DNA from: Monocercomonoides exilis PA203
Taxonomy: Eukaryota; Protista; Preaxostyla
Direction of reading: 5' to 3'
Length of the DNA: 64,000 nt
Assembly: GCA_001643675.2 (NCBI GenBank)
Contig: LSRY02000012.1
Coordinates: forward strand, 1,736,001 to 1,800,000
The notes below the pieces were generated by a model. That model had not been told where the DNA came from, did not search any database, and was given only the letters and a program-made list of their open reading frames with translations. Both the position numbers and the translations under genes were made by a program. Below, piece after piece: positions 14,501 through 26,083 of this stretch. The stretch's first letter is position 1. Each line of letters opens with the position of its first letter.

Positions 14501-16606
14501 CAATCGCAACAGGATGAATACAAACAAGAAATAGTTCAATACGAAAATGAAGTTCCACAAAGTTACGACAGCCAGCAGAGATATCCGAAAAAAGATTCAA
14601 CGCGAAATAAGGATGGCAAAGCGCCTTCTCTTCAGACATCTCAAATGGGCCTATCTCCTTATCCTTGTGCAGTTTGGGGCACATCACAGCTCACAAATGA
14701 GCCAGTCTGCCTTCGTTTTGCCTCAAAGCAATCAAAAGAGCAACAACAAACTTCTCAATCTCCAATCCGCTCTGAAGATTCTTTGTCAGCAGCTCGTTTT
14801 TATACTCCCCTGCAGAATCATCAAAAGTTTGTGTCACCTCAATTCAAAGAAGAAAACTTGGAAGAGGCTGAGATCAAAGAAGACAGATATGAGAAGCGTG
14901 ATTCTACAGGCATTATTTCAACCTCCAGTTCGCCATTTCTTTCAAAAGAAAGATTTGATAGAAGATTTGAAAAAGTGTCAAGTATACCAAAGGATCCATT
15001 TATGGGGAAAACTCAAAATGTTGGCTTGCATGGCGAGGTATCAGATGATTTCTCGGAGGAAGCATCTGCAAAAGAAATAAATGATTCAATGAATGCTGAC
15101 AGTATGTCTGCGTTCGTGCAAATAGACGAGAACAAATTGAATGAAAATGAAACTGTTTCAATTCAATTTCAACCTCAGCCAGGGCCTTTCCAGCCTCAGC
15201 CAGGTCCATCCCCTGGCCCCTTCCAGCCGCAGCCTGGACCTGGTCCATCACCTGGGCCATTCTCTCCACAACCTGGTCCCTCGCCTGGCCCGTTTTCTCC
15301 TCAGCCTGGTCCCTCGCCTGGTCCATCGCCTGGTCCATTCTCCCCACAACCTGGTCCATCTCCAGGTCCGTACTCTCCTCAACCTGGGCCTTCTCCTGGA
15401 CCATTCCAGCCCCAGCCAGGACCAGGACCAGGACCATCTCCAGGTCCGTTTTCTCCCCAGCCTGGGCCTTCGCCAGGACCATTCTCACCACAACCAGGTC
15501 CATCCCCTGGTCCCTTCCAGCCACAGCCTGGGCCTTTCTCACCTCAACCTGGTCCTTCTCCAGGCCCTTCACCTGGCCCGTTTACTCCTCAACCTGGTCC
15601 ATCGCCAGGTCCATTCTCTCCACAGCCTGGACCATCTCCTGGCCCTTTTTCACCACAGCCTGGCCCGTCTCCTGGGCCTTTCCAGCCTCAGCCAGGGCCT
15701 GGCCCGTCTCCTGGCCCATTTTCTCCCCAACCTTCTGATCCATTTTCTCCACAGCCATTTTCCCCAAATATGATTCCAGGTAATGAAATGTTGCCATTGT
15801 CTCTAACTGAAAAAGCGAAGCATTCAGATTACAATAAAGATGCAGACCAAAAAGAAGACGAGCCTAATGATGCAATAAAAAATGAAGAAATGACAGAGTT
15901 TGAAAGAGGAGATTCAACCCAACGCGATAGAGAAATTCTCATTGGAGAAAACATAACAATTGATGAAACAACAACTGTTGCTGAGTTATCTCAATCGAAT
16001 ACAGATGAAAATTTGAATGAAATATATGAACAAGATGCTCGATATCCTCAACCGCATCATCCGCATCATCCGCATCATCCGCCTCACGATGATGAACACA
16101 AACCCAGACCTCCACAACCTCATCATCCTGATAGGCCAAATCCCAAGCCACCTCATGGCCCTCACAATCCAAAACCATCTCCGCACGACCCAGATAGGCC
16201 AAAGCCTCCATCACATGAACCAGACAGGCCAAGACCCCCGCCATATGAGCCTGATCGACCAAGACCACCGCCACATAAGCCAGACGATCCGAGACCTCCT
16301 CCATACGAGCCAGACAGACCAAGGCCTCCGCCTCACAAGCCAGATAGGCCAAATCCATCTCCTCCAGATAATCCTCACAAGCCAAGGCCTCCTCCTCCGC
16401 ATCATCCTTCAAAACCAACAAACCCACACTATCCAATTAAACCAGTCTCACCTCCCCATCGTGAACCTCCACTGCGATATCCATCTCCACAAGCATCAAA
16501 TATCATAAAGCAAAGTCAGGATAATACGATCTATTCGAGATATCCCCAAACAAACAAAGAGAAAATTGATGAGACTCATGTTGAAGAAAGATACCCTTCA
16601 TTCTGA
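2520..16606 (+). CDS. Giant secreted modular protein (~4,587 aa) with repeated SdrD-B/Cna-B (prealbumin-like) domains and Tyr/Pro-rich repeats. Exons 2520-2718, 2771-2985, 3053-3130, 3205-3721, 3852-16606
   Basis: Four GT-AG introns join the ORFs in frame (13,764 nt CDS). Hydrophobic N-terminus MVIYLCLIFAASC. Recurrent T(D/N)xxGxxxFxxLxPGxYxV motifs and CL(D/S)CxGxxxC motifs; one of the latter is completed only across the exon 4/5 junction. Confidence 0.85.
12105..12305 (+). repeat. Coding Tyr-rich tetrapeptide repeat (YTNP/YSSP)n
   Basis: PYTDPYTYPYTNPYTNPYSNPYTSPYTNPYTNPYTYPYSSPYSSPYSSSY in the giant ORF. Confidence 0.9.
15168..15770 (+). repeat. Coding Pro/Gly-rich repeat, ~200 aa of (PGPSPGPF[S/Q]PQ)n
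   Basis: Directly visible in the translation. Synonymous codons differ between units. Confidence 0.95.
16040..16470 (+). repeat. Coding Pro/His/Arg-rich repeat (PHH)n then (PPxx[E/K]PDRPR)n
   Basis: PHHPHHPHHPPH...EPDRPRPPPYEPDRPRPPPHKPDDPRPPPYEPDRPRPPPHKPDRP near the C-terminus. Confidence 0.9.
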
Positions 16607-17164
16607 ACTTAGCCTGATTAAGTTTTACAAATTATTTTTTCTTATTTTAAGCAAAATTGACTTTGCAAATTTCATTTCATTTTTAACAATCATTAAAAAC
16701 AAAACTCTTCATCTTTCTATTTATGAACTCAAACGTCCGACATATTGCTATTGTATGAGTTTCAGCTTATTCAGAACCTAAACATTTTGTTCGGAATTGA
16801 TCGAACCAATGAATTGTTGCATCAACACTTTTTTATTTTTCCAATTCTTTGTTTTATATCAATGAGTGTTGAAAAAGAAATTCACGAGTTGCAATTTATC
16901 AAACTTCACACAAACTGACTTTTCTCTTTTTCATTAATTAATGAGTATCCAAAAAATGATCTATCCTTCTCGAATAACTGTTTCCTCTCGAAACTTCATT
17001 TTCAAAACACTTGACAGAAATCTGTGAAAATATTTATGTCTCAATTCTTCTCAACTTTTCTTGTCCTCATGAAAAAGGGTTGGAAATCTGTATTCATATC
17101 ATACCTTGAAGCCACACAAGATCCAGCTTAGTGGATACAAATTGTCAAGCATTTTTGTTCTGAT

Positions 17165-18196
17165 TCATTTTTTTTCTCCAAACTCCCAAAACGGGATCTT
17201 GAGTGTCAGACACTCCCACAGCATCATCCCAATTGAGAATGCCACTGACTCCTTGGTTGCTCCCATCTTCTTGTTGATAAACAATTCAGGTGCCTTCCAC
17301 CTTAAACACTCTTTTCTGTTGTCATCTTCATCCTCAAATGCTGATGAAGGAAGAGAGTCACTATCATCATCATCCTCCTCCTCACTGGCTGACGTAACAA
17401 CAGTTGATGAAGAGATGGATGACGAATCTGAATCATCAGATGAGAAGTCAGAGTGCATGACGATGCAGATGACCATGTGCTCTGAAAACAACACAATGTG
17501 TGGGCTCAGATTGGCTAAAGATTGAAGTGGATTTTCCATTTCATCAAATGAGTAGAGTGCAAGGTTAGCCACCCAAAACAGAATTTGAGCAGCTGTTTGT
17601 TCTCTCTCCTGGAGAGTTCCGATTGCCATCTCTTTCTTCTCGTTCCTTCCGTGAAGCAACATGAACAACGAATCCCTCAGATCCACTATCAGCTTCTCAT
17701 GAGGAGATGAGCAGGCCATTGCATCCACCAGATTCGACATCGACGAGGTAGTTGGGCACAAACTCTCCGATCGAACAAACGTGGATTCTGTGTCTGAAGT
17801 GTCTGTTGTTGAAGTGGATGAAATAGAAGGAGAAGGTGTTCTCTTTCTAATCTCTTCTTCTTCAACCTTTTCCAATGCCCATTCAGGAATCTTGTCTGAA
17901 TCTCTCCCCAATATGTATTCAGTGGAACCACTCTCACTCAACAAATGCTCCGATGACTCTGAATGTACCAAGCTTTTCGCATACACCCTCTTCTTTATCC
18001 TCTCTTCATTCTTCTTCTCAGCCTCCTTCCCCGCTCTTCTCCACTGATCTTCAGGAGACATCTCCATCGTCACCATCTCAAACGCCTTCGGATCTTTTCT
18101 GATATTATCGTTCACAATCTCTTGCAATTCATCATTTCTTTCCTTCACCTTTCTCCACCGAACTGCAAGAATAAAGGTTTCTTTAATCAAAATCAA
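17165..18196 (-). pseudogene. Truncated copy of a multicopy receptor-like (TKL-type) pseudokinase family
   Basis: Kinase C-lobe remnants LRWKAPEL (subdomain VIII) and ESVAFSIGMMLWECLTLKIPF (IX). No HRD or DFG. Begins abruptly at a juxtamembrane-like AVRWRK without ATG and ends right after IPF in an A-run. Confidence 0.7.
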
Positions 18197-18504
18197 TTTT
18201 TTTTAAATAATGTTGCAGGCAACAATAAAATCATTTTTTCTATGAATTTTTTTTTTTTTTGATTTTTTTCCATTACAAAAATTTCTTTCAGAGCATCAAA
18301 AAAATGCGGAAATCATATGTCGTAATATTTTTCATTGTTATTGTTATGAAATCATTTTTGAAAAAAAAGTTTTCATTAAAAAAACTGAAAATTGAATCAT
18401 GTTCTTTTTTTCACCTAATTGAAAATGAAAACCATAAAATAATTGATTAGAAATAATAAATCTTGTAACTGGTAAATAATAACATTGTGAAGGATGAAAC
18501 AGTA

Positions 18505-21485
18505 ATGAATAGAATGAAGGTGTTATAACTTATTTTATGCAGTGAGCTTTTACTTTTTGGTGCTTGGGGGATATGAAAAAACTTCAGGAATATTCTTACA
18601 GCGCTAATTTTTCAGATTTGAGCTATCTGACGTCCTGTGCAAAATCAAGCACTTCTACACGCTCGTCAGCTGTTTTGCTGGAGATGGAGTCGTCAACATG
18701 CGGCTCACCGAGATATGAACCGTTTTTTGAATCCACAGTTCAATTACAGCATGGTGGTCAAAAAGTTCGCAGTAAAAGATTAGATAGCGTGATTTGTTCA
18801 TCTATCATATGCAGTGGAAAAGAAACAACTAGTAATTTTGAAAGTGATAAGCATGTCGATAGTTTTTTACATAGGCCATCTGATGTTTCAAACGATTGGA
18901 ATTCTTGTAGAGGGCATACGATTGCGCAGTTAGCACGCATGGACGTAAAACTATGTGATGCGTCATCAGCTACATTTTCTTCTGATTCATGGAAAGAAAT
19001 GGAATCAAAACATTCTGAGCTTTCAAAGCCGATTGCTTTCGATGATTCAGAAAAGCTAATTCTAAGCTCGAAAGAAATGGGGGGAAAAAACGAACTCAAC
19101 GAATTTCACGATTACAGATTACGACAATTTTCAAGTTTTGCCAAGGATTTCAAGAACAAAGAGCATTATTTGCCGTTTTCATCTGAGTTAAAGAACCAAA
19201 GCATTGATGCGGTTCAAAAATCTGTGGGAATATACAGCTTGGGGCCTTTCGGAGCAAAACTAGATATAAGCAATGCATCTGCGTTGAATACAGGCTTGAC
19301 TGAACCTGCTTTAGCAAAATGGAGATCCTTCAGCAGGAAAGAGCACATTCAGTTTCCACTTCAGCACATAGCCGAATCTCATTCAGAAGGGAACATTAAT
19401 GCAATAATTGATGAGGACAGAGGGGATAGAATCGTTTGTGCATCAACTGGAAGCAGAAGCGCTTCGGAGAAAAACTCAAATGAGAAGTCAGATAGCATCA
19501 ATGATTTGCGGAAAGAAAATGAATTCAAAGAAGAGGATCATCTTCTTGTTGAGGATGTTTTAAATGGACGATCAAAAGGTAAAAAAGAGATACAAAAATT
19601 TAATTTCGACTCTTCTTCTTCTTTAGATTTGTTGTCTTCTCGTGGTTGCTCTGTTTTCTCAGAGGAAATAGATAATTTGTGTGAAACTGTATTGACTGAA
19701 CATCGTCCGAAGTTAATAACAGCAGGGAAGCCTATCCAAGATATGGAAATTGTGGTGGACGGGCGTGTGACATGCTCTATCGCGGAATTCCGCAAGGAAT
19801 GGATGAGAAGGAAGTGGAGCAGTGAAGATGTGAAAAGGGTAAACTATGCGCAATCATCTTTTAGGCATGAAGCTGCAAACGAGGTGATAGGACTCATTGC
19901 GCGCAGTTCGAATGATATTAAAGAAGGTGCACAAACATGCGATACATCTGGAGATGGAGTGATGGGCCAGACGAGCATGAAAACAGAGAGCATTCAAAAC
20001 AGAAAGAGACATTTGGAGCTGACAAAGCGGCAAATAAAAGAGGCGAAATTGCATATGAAGTTGTTTGGAGAGTGGGTGAAGAAAGAGAGGTTTATGGATG
20101 ATGAGGAAGAGGAATTGTGGACGGAGGCGGAAAGAAGGATGATTGAAAAGGAAAAGAAGAAAAATGGTGGAGAAATAGGGGAAGGATTGGACCTGACAAT
20201 TGAGGAGATGAAAAATCTTGTGACTGCCGAAAATGTTAATGGCTTTCAATTGGAAACTCGAGAAGAATTGATTGAGAGGATCAGAAGAATTGAATGGCAG
20301 CGTTCGAGAAAGGAGAGCCGAGAAAATATCAGTGACTTGATGCGACTGTGGCAAAAAGAAGACCAGAAGAAAGCGGCAAAAGCAAGAAAGCAAGGGAGTT
20401 GTCAGCAGACTAATGAGTCAAACAATAGAAGAGATGAAACAATGTTGCTGAAAGAAGATGCAGCTGGAATGAATACATATTTGAGGAAAAATAAAACAGG
20501 TATCATCCAGAGTGAGGATGATGAAGATTCTGAAACGATTTTCCGAAATTCATCCAGCTATGTTCCTGATTTTCGAAAGAGTGAATTTTTACTTGAAAAA
20601 GATGGCATTTCTGTGAATTTATCTGTTTGCAACGAACCGAAATTTGAAACGCAAATACCATCACATACCTCATTTTTGTTTGAGAAAAGTTCGGTTTGTG
20701 GTGATACTGAGCTTAAAAATCCGAAACAGGGGAATGCTGAAATGAAAAGGTCGATTGATGGGCGCTTAGAAGCTTTCCCTTTAAAGACAGGTAGTTTTTT
20801 GATGAATGGGCATTGTTCACTTCTTTTATCAAACCCTTTCCAACACACAAATAGCGATGAAGCCTCAAGACCTGTTTTCATTTCTTCGCTTTTTTTCACA
20901 AACGGAATGAACAAAGCATCCCAAGAATCAAAAAGCAATTCTTCATTGAGGGAGCATGAAAGTATTCTTCGCCAATTTATTATTTCTTCTTCTCATCCGC
21001 TTGAGCTGTCTTTCCGCAAACATCTTTCTTCAATGTCAGACGAGTTATTCTCCTCTTTATCAAGCTCAAATATATCAAAAGTTAATTCTTCCCGTGAAGA
21101 GTGTGTTACTGAAAGGGGTCATTCTGATGAGGGAAAAGATAAGCATAGAATTGATGGATTAGAATGGAAAATGCAGAGCTGTCAAGAAAATTGTGATGCA
21201 GACGAGATAAACAATATTCACAGTTTGGGAGATGTAATATTTGACAGTGAAGAATTTCTTGGAAGATATAACGATACATTTTTTAACATTACAAAGATGA
21301 AGCGACTGAAAAGATGGGGAAAGATACCGTTGGAACAGATAATTAGCGAAGCTATGATGTTCAAAGAAATTGAAGTTTACGGATACTTAGTTAGTTGGTT
21401 TTGCAGCGGATATTCATCAAATATTGGTCCTTCCAGGAAAATATGTATGCTTTTAGCTTATTTGAGAATATTAAGGTTTATTTGA
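18505..21485 (+). CDS. Hypothetical protein (~970+ aa, charged/coiled-coil central part); probable short first exon and further 3' exons
   Basis: 973-codon open frame. A plausible micro-exon ATG at 18505 (MNRMK|GT) splices in frame at CAG|GAA. A GTATG donor near 21445 suggests the gene continues. No domain recognised. Confidence 0.65.
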
Positions 21486-22655
21486 TACTTTTGGTTTGGA
21501 TTTGTTAAATTTTTCATTGCATCTGATGTTATTCTATTTTATTTGTTGCTTTGAAATGTTATTGCAGACAAAAATACTCGAATATCACTCAGTTGCTATT
21601 CAAAAAGCGAAAGAGACACGAAAATAGCACTTCACAGGAAAAGCCGAAAGGCAGATTGCGAATCCTTTTGCTCCTTTGGTAATTAACTTGAATTGTTTGA
21701 TCAATTTTTCAAGATTTGAAATATTTCTGAAAAGGAGAGCGCAACAACACGCATTTGCTTGTCTGAATCGAAAAAGTTGCTCAAAGTATTTGTTCTCTCA
21801 ATCTATCTATCATTTTTTTACGAGCCTATGACAGATATGTGAAAGACATATTTTAATTAAAGAGAGATAGATAATAAAACATTTTATGTGAAGAAGTTTT
21901 TGGTTTGATGCAGGATAAAACGAAAAGCACATGCTTTACAATTTGCAAAACCAAAAGACAATTAAAATGAAAGAAGTGGAAAAAGATAAAATTGCGAATT
22001 GATGGAAACAAGGATAAATGATAATTATTAAAGAAGGATAAGAATGGAGCGGATGGAGCCGGATGAATGATGCATCGTTCTTCTGGAACGTTTTTCATCG
22101 GTGAAGGACACAATTTGAGTTGAGCGGGAAATAAAAATAGAGGTAATCATTATTCGACAGAAATAATGTGCCTTAACCAGAATGAATCTATTTGAGTTGA
22201 AAAATAATACGCTGTTGATAATACGACTTCACATGAAAGTAGTGCTGATGAGGAAGATCCTCTCTTTGTTTCTGAACGATATGTTTAGGTGTTTTATGCG
22301 TTCATTTTTTTCTATTTTAATGAAAAGGTTCTTTTCGTATTTATAATAACCTATTCTATGAAATTAAAACATCATAAGTAATGATTTGAAGGTTTTTTTA
22401 TTTTTCTTTATTTATTTTTAAAAAAAAAACTGAAAGCAACAGAAGCATGATGCATTGATCTTTTTTTGCTTTTGTGGGCGGAAAAAAAAAGAAAATTGTT
22501 GGCATGAAAATAAGTTCAGTGCTCCACAAATGACTGCCTGCACATCCTCAGCCCTTCCAATCCCCGAAGGATTCTCCAAAACTGCGATTGTGTTCTGCTC
22601 ACTTGGATAAACAATAACGTGCCTGGTTCTTTGCTGAAAAGAAATCACTTCATTC

Positions 22656-24963
22656 TCAATAATCTCCTGAAAATAACTCGTCTTCTGAGCCTTCGTTGCT
22701 GCAGCTTGCTTCCTCTTCTCCAAAAAGAATCGACCCATCGAGTCCATCTTCCTCTTCTGCCTGCAGCTCATGGCGAGCAGGGCGAGGTGGTGGTGGTGTG
22801 TCCGTCTGTCAGAAACACAACACAGAAACATTTCAAAATATGATGCACAATTCACAGAATAAATTCACACAACAAAAAAGTTCTGAAAAACTTGCATGTC
22901 AAAACAACAATTGCCCAGCCCTTCCAAACTCTCTTCCCCTCTTTCCACACATACCAGCACTCGCCCTTTCAGCATGCCCATCAAATCGTGCACCTCCTCG
23001 ACAGAATGTGCATCCATCATTTTCTCTCGAACATCCCAGTGTGTTTCAAGCAGCGACCGCGTCTTCTCCTCTTCCTTCCCTTTTGCCCAGTGCCTTCTTC
23101 CTCGCTTTGTGTCAAAGCTCTTGAATGTCGCTGCTGGTGTGGTCAGACTGCACACAGCATGCAGCACACATCCCACACGCCCCACACCCCACACCCAACC
23201 AGCAGTCGCACAAGCACAATCCAGGAGTCACAGCAACATGGGGGAATACGCAACAACAGAAATGCAAAACAAACGAATGAGGGGGGGAAAGAATCCAAAA
23301 ATACACACTCGCTCAGCAGCATCCGATGCACATGCTCTTTCACAACATCCAAAGGCGTGCAATACTTCCCACACAAATCCAGATACTCCAACGCATAGCC
23401 AATCCCGCGTGTGTGGCCATTTCTTGCTTCTGAAAACGGCTTTCCAACAGACCAACAAATAGATGATGAAGACGGAGAATCGATGTCACTCAAACTCGAA
23501 GGCGAATAAAACAATGCTGGACATCGACGAAGACCCTCTGAAAAAACATATTTGTTCATCAAAGCAGAAACAATTAAAAAAAAAAACAGATAAAAAAACA
23601 TTAAAAATGAAAGAGAAAGAAAACTCAAATGATAATCATAAAAACACAGTAAATTCATTGCGTCTCGTCGCTTTCTGCTCTCCCCATTCCATTCACACCG
23701 CCACTCATCACAGCATCTGCCTTCGTGATTCTCAGACACTCCTCCGCATCTTCCAGTGAACGAATGCTTCCGTTTGCAATGAACGGGACATGCACAGCCT
23801 CCCTTCAGCACACAAACGCATCAATCGCATGTTTCATGTTGCCAACAAAAGACAGAAAATGAAAATTTCGTTAAAAAATACCTCAAAATATCATGAAGAA
23901 AAAACAAAAATAACAAAAGAATATTAACGATGACTTTTCTGCCTTTCAGTGAAAAAAAAAAGCTTCTCTTTCTTGCATTTTCTGACGAAAACAGAGAAGC
24001 ACCTGTTGTTGTGAAAGCGCGCATGGTCATCTTTTTTGACTCTTCTTTCGCTGCTCTCCCAACTCCACAGACAAACATCTCTGAGATCCTCCCTCAGCCA
24101 CACCGTGCAATTCGTATCTCTTCCCAATCTGCTTCTCCTGTCTTTGCTCCTTTCTGCTTTCGCGTTCTTCCGTGCATGCAAATCACTTGCGCCCCTGATT
24201 CTTCCAGAAGCCGCGCCAGCCCAACTGTCCGGTCTGTGCTGAACTGCTTCCTGAACTTCGCTGTCACAGGAACCTCCAGGCAGCTGTGCAGCGTCGACAC
24301 TGCACACCAGCCCCAAATGCCAACAGTCATCATTTGCCCCCATGTGCAGTTTTGAGAAATCAAAAATTAAAAATGAAGTTAAAAAAAGCTCTTCAAGATT
24401 TCTTCTTTTTTCTATTCATCGATTAAACCTATCTTCCGAATCAGATCCCACTCGTCCTGAACATACGCCCCGTAATGCGCCCGCTTCGCGTATTTCTGCA
24501 TTGCAAAAGCCCGTAAGTAATATTCTTTTTTTCAAAAAAAAATAAAGCATCCACACCTGTGGACAGCCAAAATTCACATCCACTGCATCACACGACTTCT
24601 CAATCGTTTTGGCAACCTTCACCATCGCCTCCACATCGTCCCCGCATATCTGCGCAAACAGCGGCTTGTCCTCTTCCGCTGTCCCAAACACCTCCTCGCG
24701 GTAGGCGGAGTCCCAAAGAAACGAGCTCGCCACAATCCTTTGTTCCCAAACAAAGCAAACCAAAAAACTTCCTTTAAGGGCTCCACGCCCGCAAACATAT
24801 AAAAAAAGAACGTATACATGGGCGTGTAGCACAGCGTCACCCCGTACCGTCTGCACAGCATGCGATACGAAACATCTGAACCGTCCACCATCGGCGCCAG
24901 CACGTATCTCGGCGCACCTATCCACTTCCAGAATTCGTACCCTTCGAGCTTTCCGCGCGCCAT
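22656..24963 (-). CDS. DUS1: tRNA-dihydrouridine synthase 1-like (multi-exon)
   Basis: Spliced motifs [10 protein letters not shown]...CYTPM|[25 protein letters not shown]|[49 protein letters not shown]|[10 protein letters not shown] match the Dus1 family in order. GT-AG junctions are in frame. Confidence 0.93.
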
Positions 24964-25162
24964 CCCTGAAACAGTGTTCTCCGAAGCTTCGCTGCCTCAC
25001 AAAACACTTATTCTGCAAAATGTGACAAACATGATGGCATTATTGATCATGTCTTTTTTTTCTTTTTTTTTCCTTTTTTCTTTTCAAAACATTCAACAAA
25101 CACAAAAAGACGGGTGAAGTGGAACTGAAAACACAAAAAAAAACGGTGCCTGCCCCCGCCGC

Positions 25163-25843
25163 TTATTTCTTCTTCTTCTTCTTCTTTTTCTTCTTCTTGG
25201 GCGGGTTGAAAAGCATCGTCACAAGCCCAGGAACATCTATCTTCCCGATTCCTGCCGGGTCCCCCAGCTTGATGAGCGAGTTCACCTGCACAAAAAAGCA
25301 AAAGGAAAAAAAAATGTGGAAATCACCACCCCAAAACCCGCCAAAGCAAAACACACATCCTCTTCGCTCAGCTTTTCGCCTGTGCACATCAGCTTCATCC
25401 GGAACTCGTCCGCTGAATAGAAGTCTCCCCCGTTCGGGTCCAGCGAAAACAGCGCATTCCGTATCACCTGCTCGTCCGTGTACCCGCCCTCTGCCCGCTC
25501 AGCCTTCTTTTTCGCAACTGCTGGAACAAGCGACTCCACGTCAATCCCGCCTTTGTCCCGCGCCCCCATGTCAAACAGCATCAGCTGCGCAGTTTATTTT
25601 TCCAATGTTTTCACAGGTGCCCACACGCGGTGTAAGCAAGCCGTTCCCCCAAAAATAAAATAAAACACAAACTTCTATTTCGCTCGTCGTGATGCTGTCG
25701 AACCCAAGCGACCTCATGAGCGGAAGAAGGGCCTCTGGCGTGGGCGGCAGTTTTCCTTCCTTCTTGACATCGAACACATTGAACGCAGCCACCACCTCGT
25801 CGTGGACAAAGTGGGCTGTTGGATCCTCTGGCTCCTCCGCCAT
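25163..25843 (-). CDS. Calmodulin/centrin-like EF-hand protein (EFCAB2/DRC8-like), 3 exons, C-terminal K11
   Basis: AFNVFD..., LMRSLGF...SEIE|LML, ALFSLDPNGGDFYSADEFRMKLMCTGEKLSEED|VNSLIKLGDPAGIGKID follow calmodulin helix/loop spacing. Introns at 25672-25585 and ~25357-25287. Confidence 0.85.
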
Positions 25844-26083
25844 TTGCTATGGTTCTGATCACAAACTCAAAAGCCTCTTTTTCGTCTTCTGTTCTTGCGC
25901 TTTTCAGCCGGGCTGCACCTCAGATCGAACAGAAAAAATAGTGCCCGGCACTGCACATGGCCCAATTTCTTTTTGACGTGTTTTTTTCGTGGATTATGCA
26001 ATGAAGTGAATAACTTCAATTTAAAAAAAAAAGCTAATTTATAAAAAACATGTTAAACTTGTCTCATGCATGGCAACTGGTGT

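Noticed and set aside
15168-15770. CRISPR-like or collagen interpretation of the Pro/Gly repeat
   Set aside because: No constant repeat with unique spacers; it is coding, and Gly is not strictly every third residue.
3824-16508. Numerous nested or antisense ORFs inside the giant secreted gene (e.g. 11901-12851, 15000-15572)
   Set aside because: They are alternative frames of repeats and show no domain signal.
23770-23811. CACPVHCK as a zinc finger in DUS1
   Set aside because: It is off-frame; the real exon reads [15 protein letters not shown].
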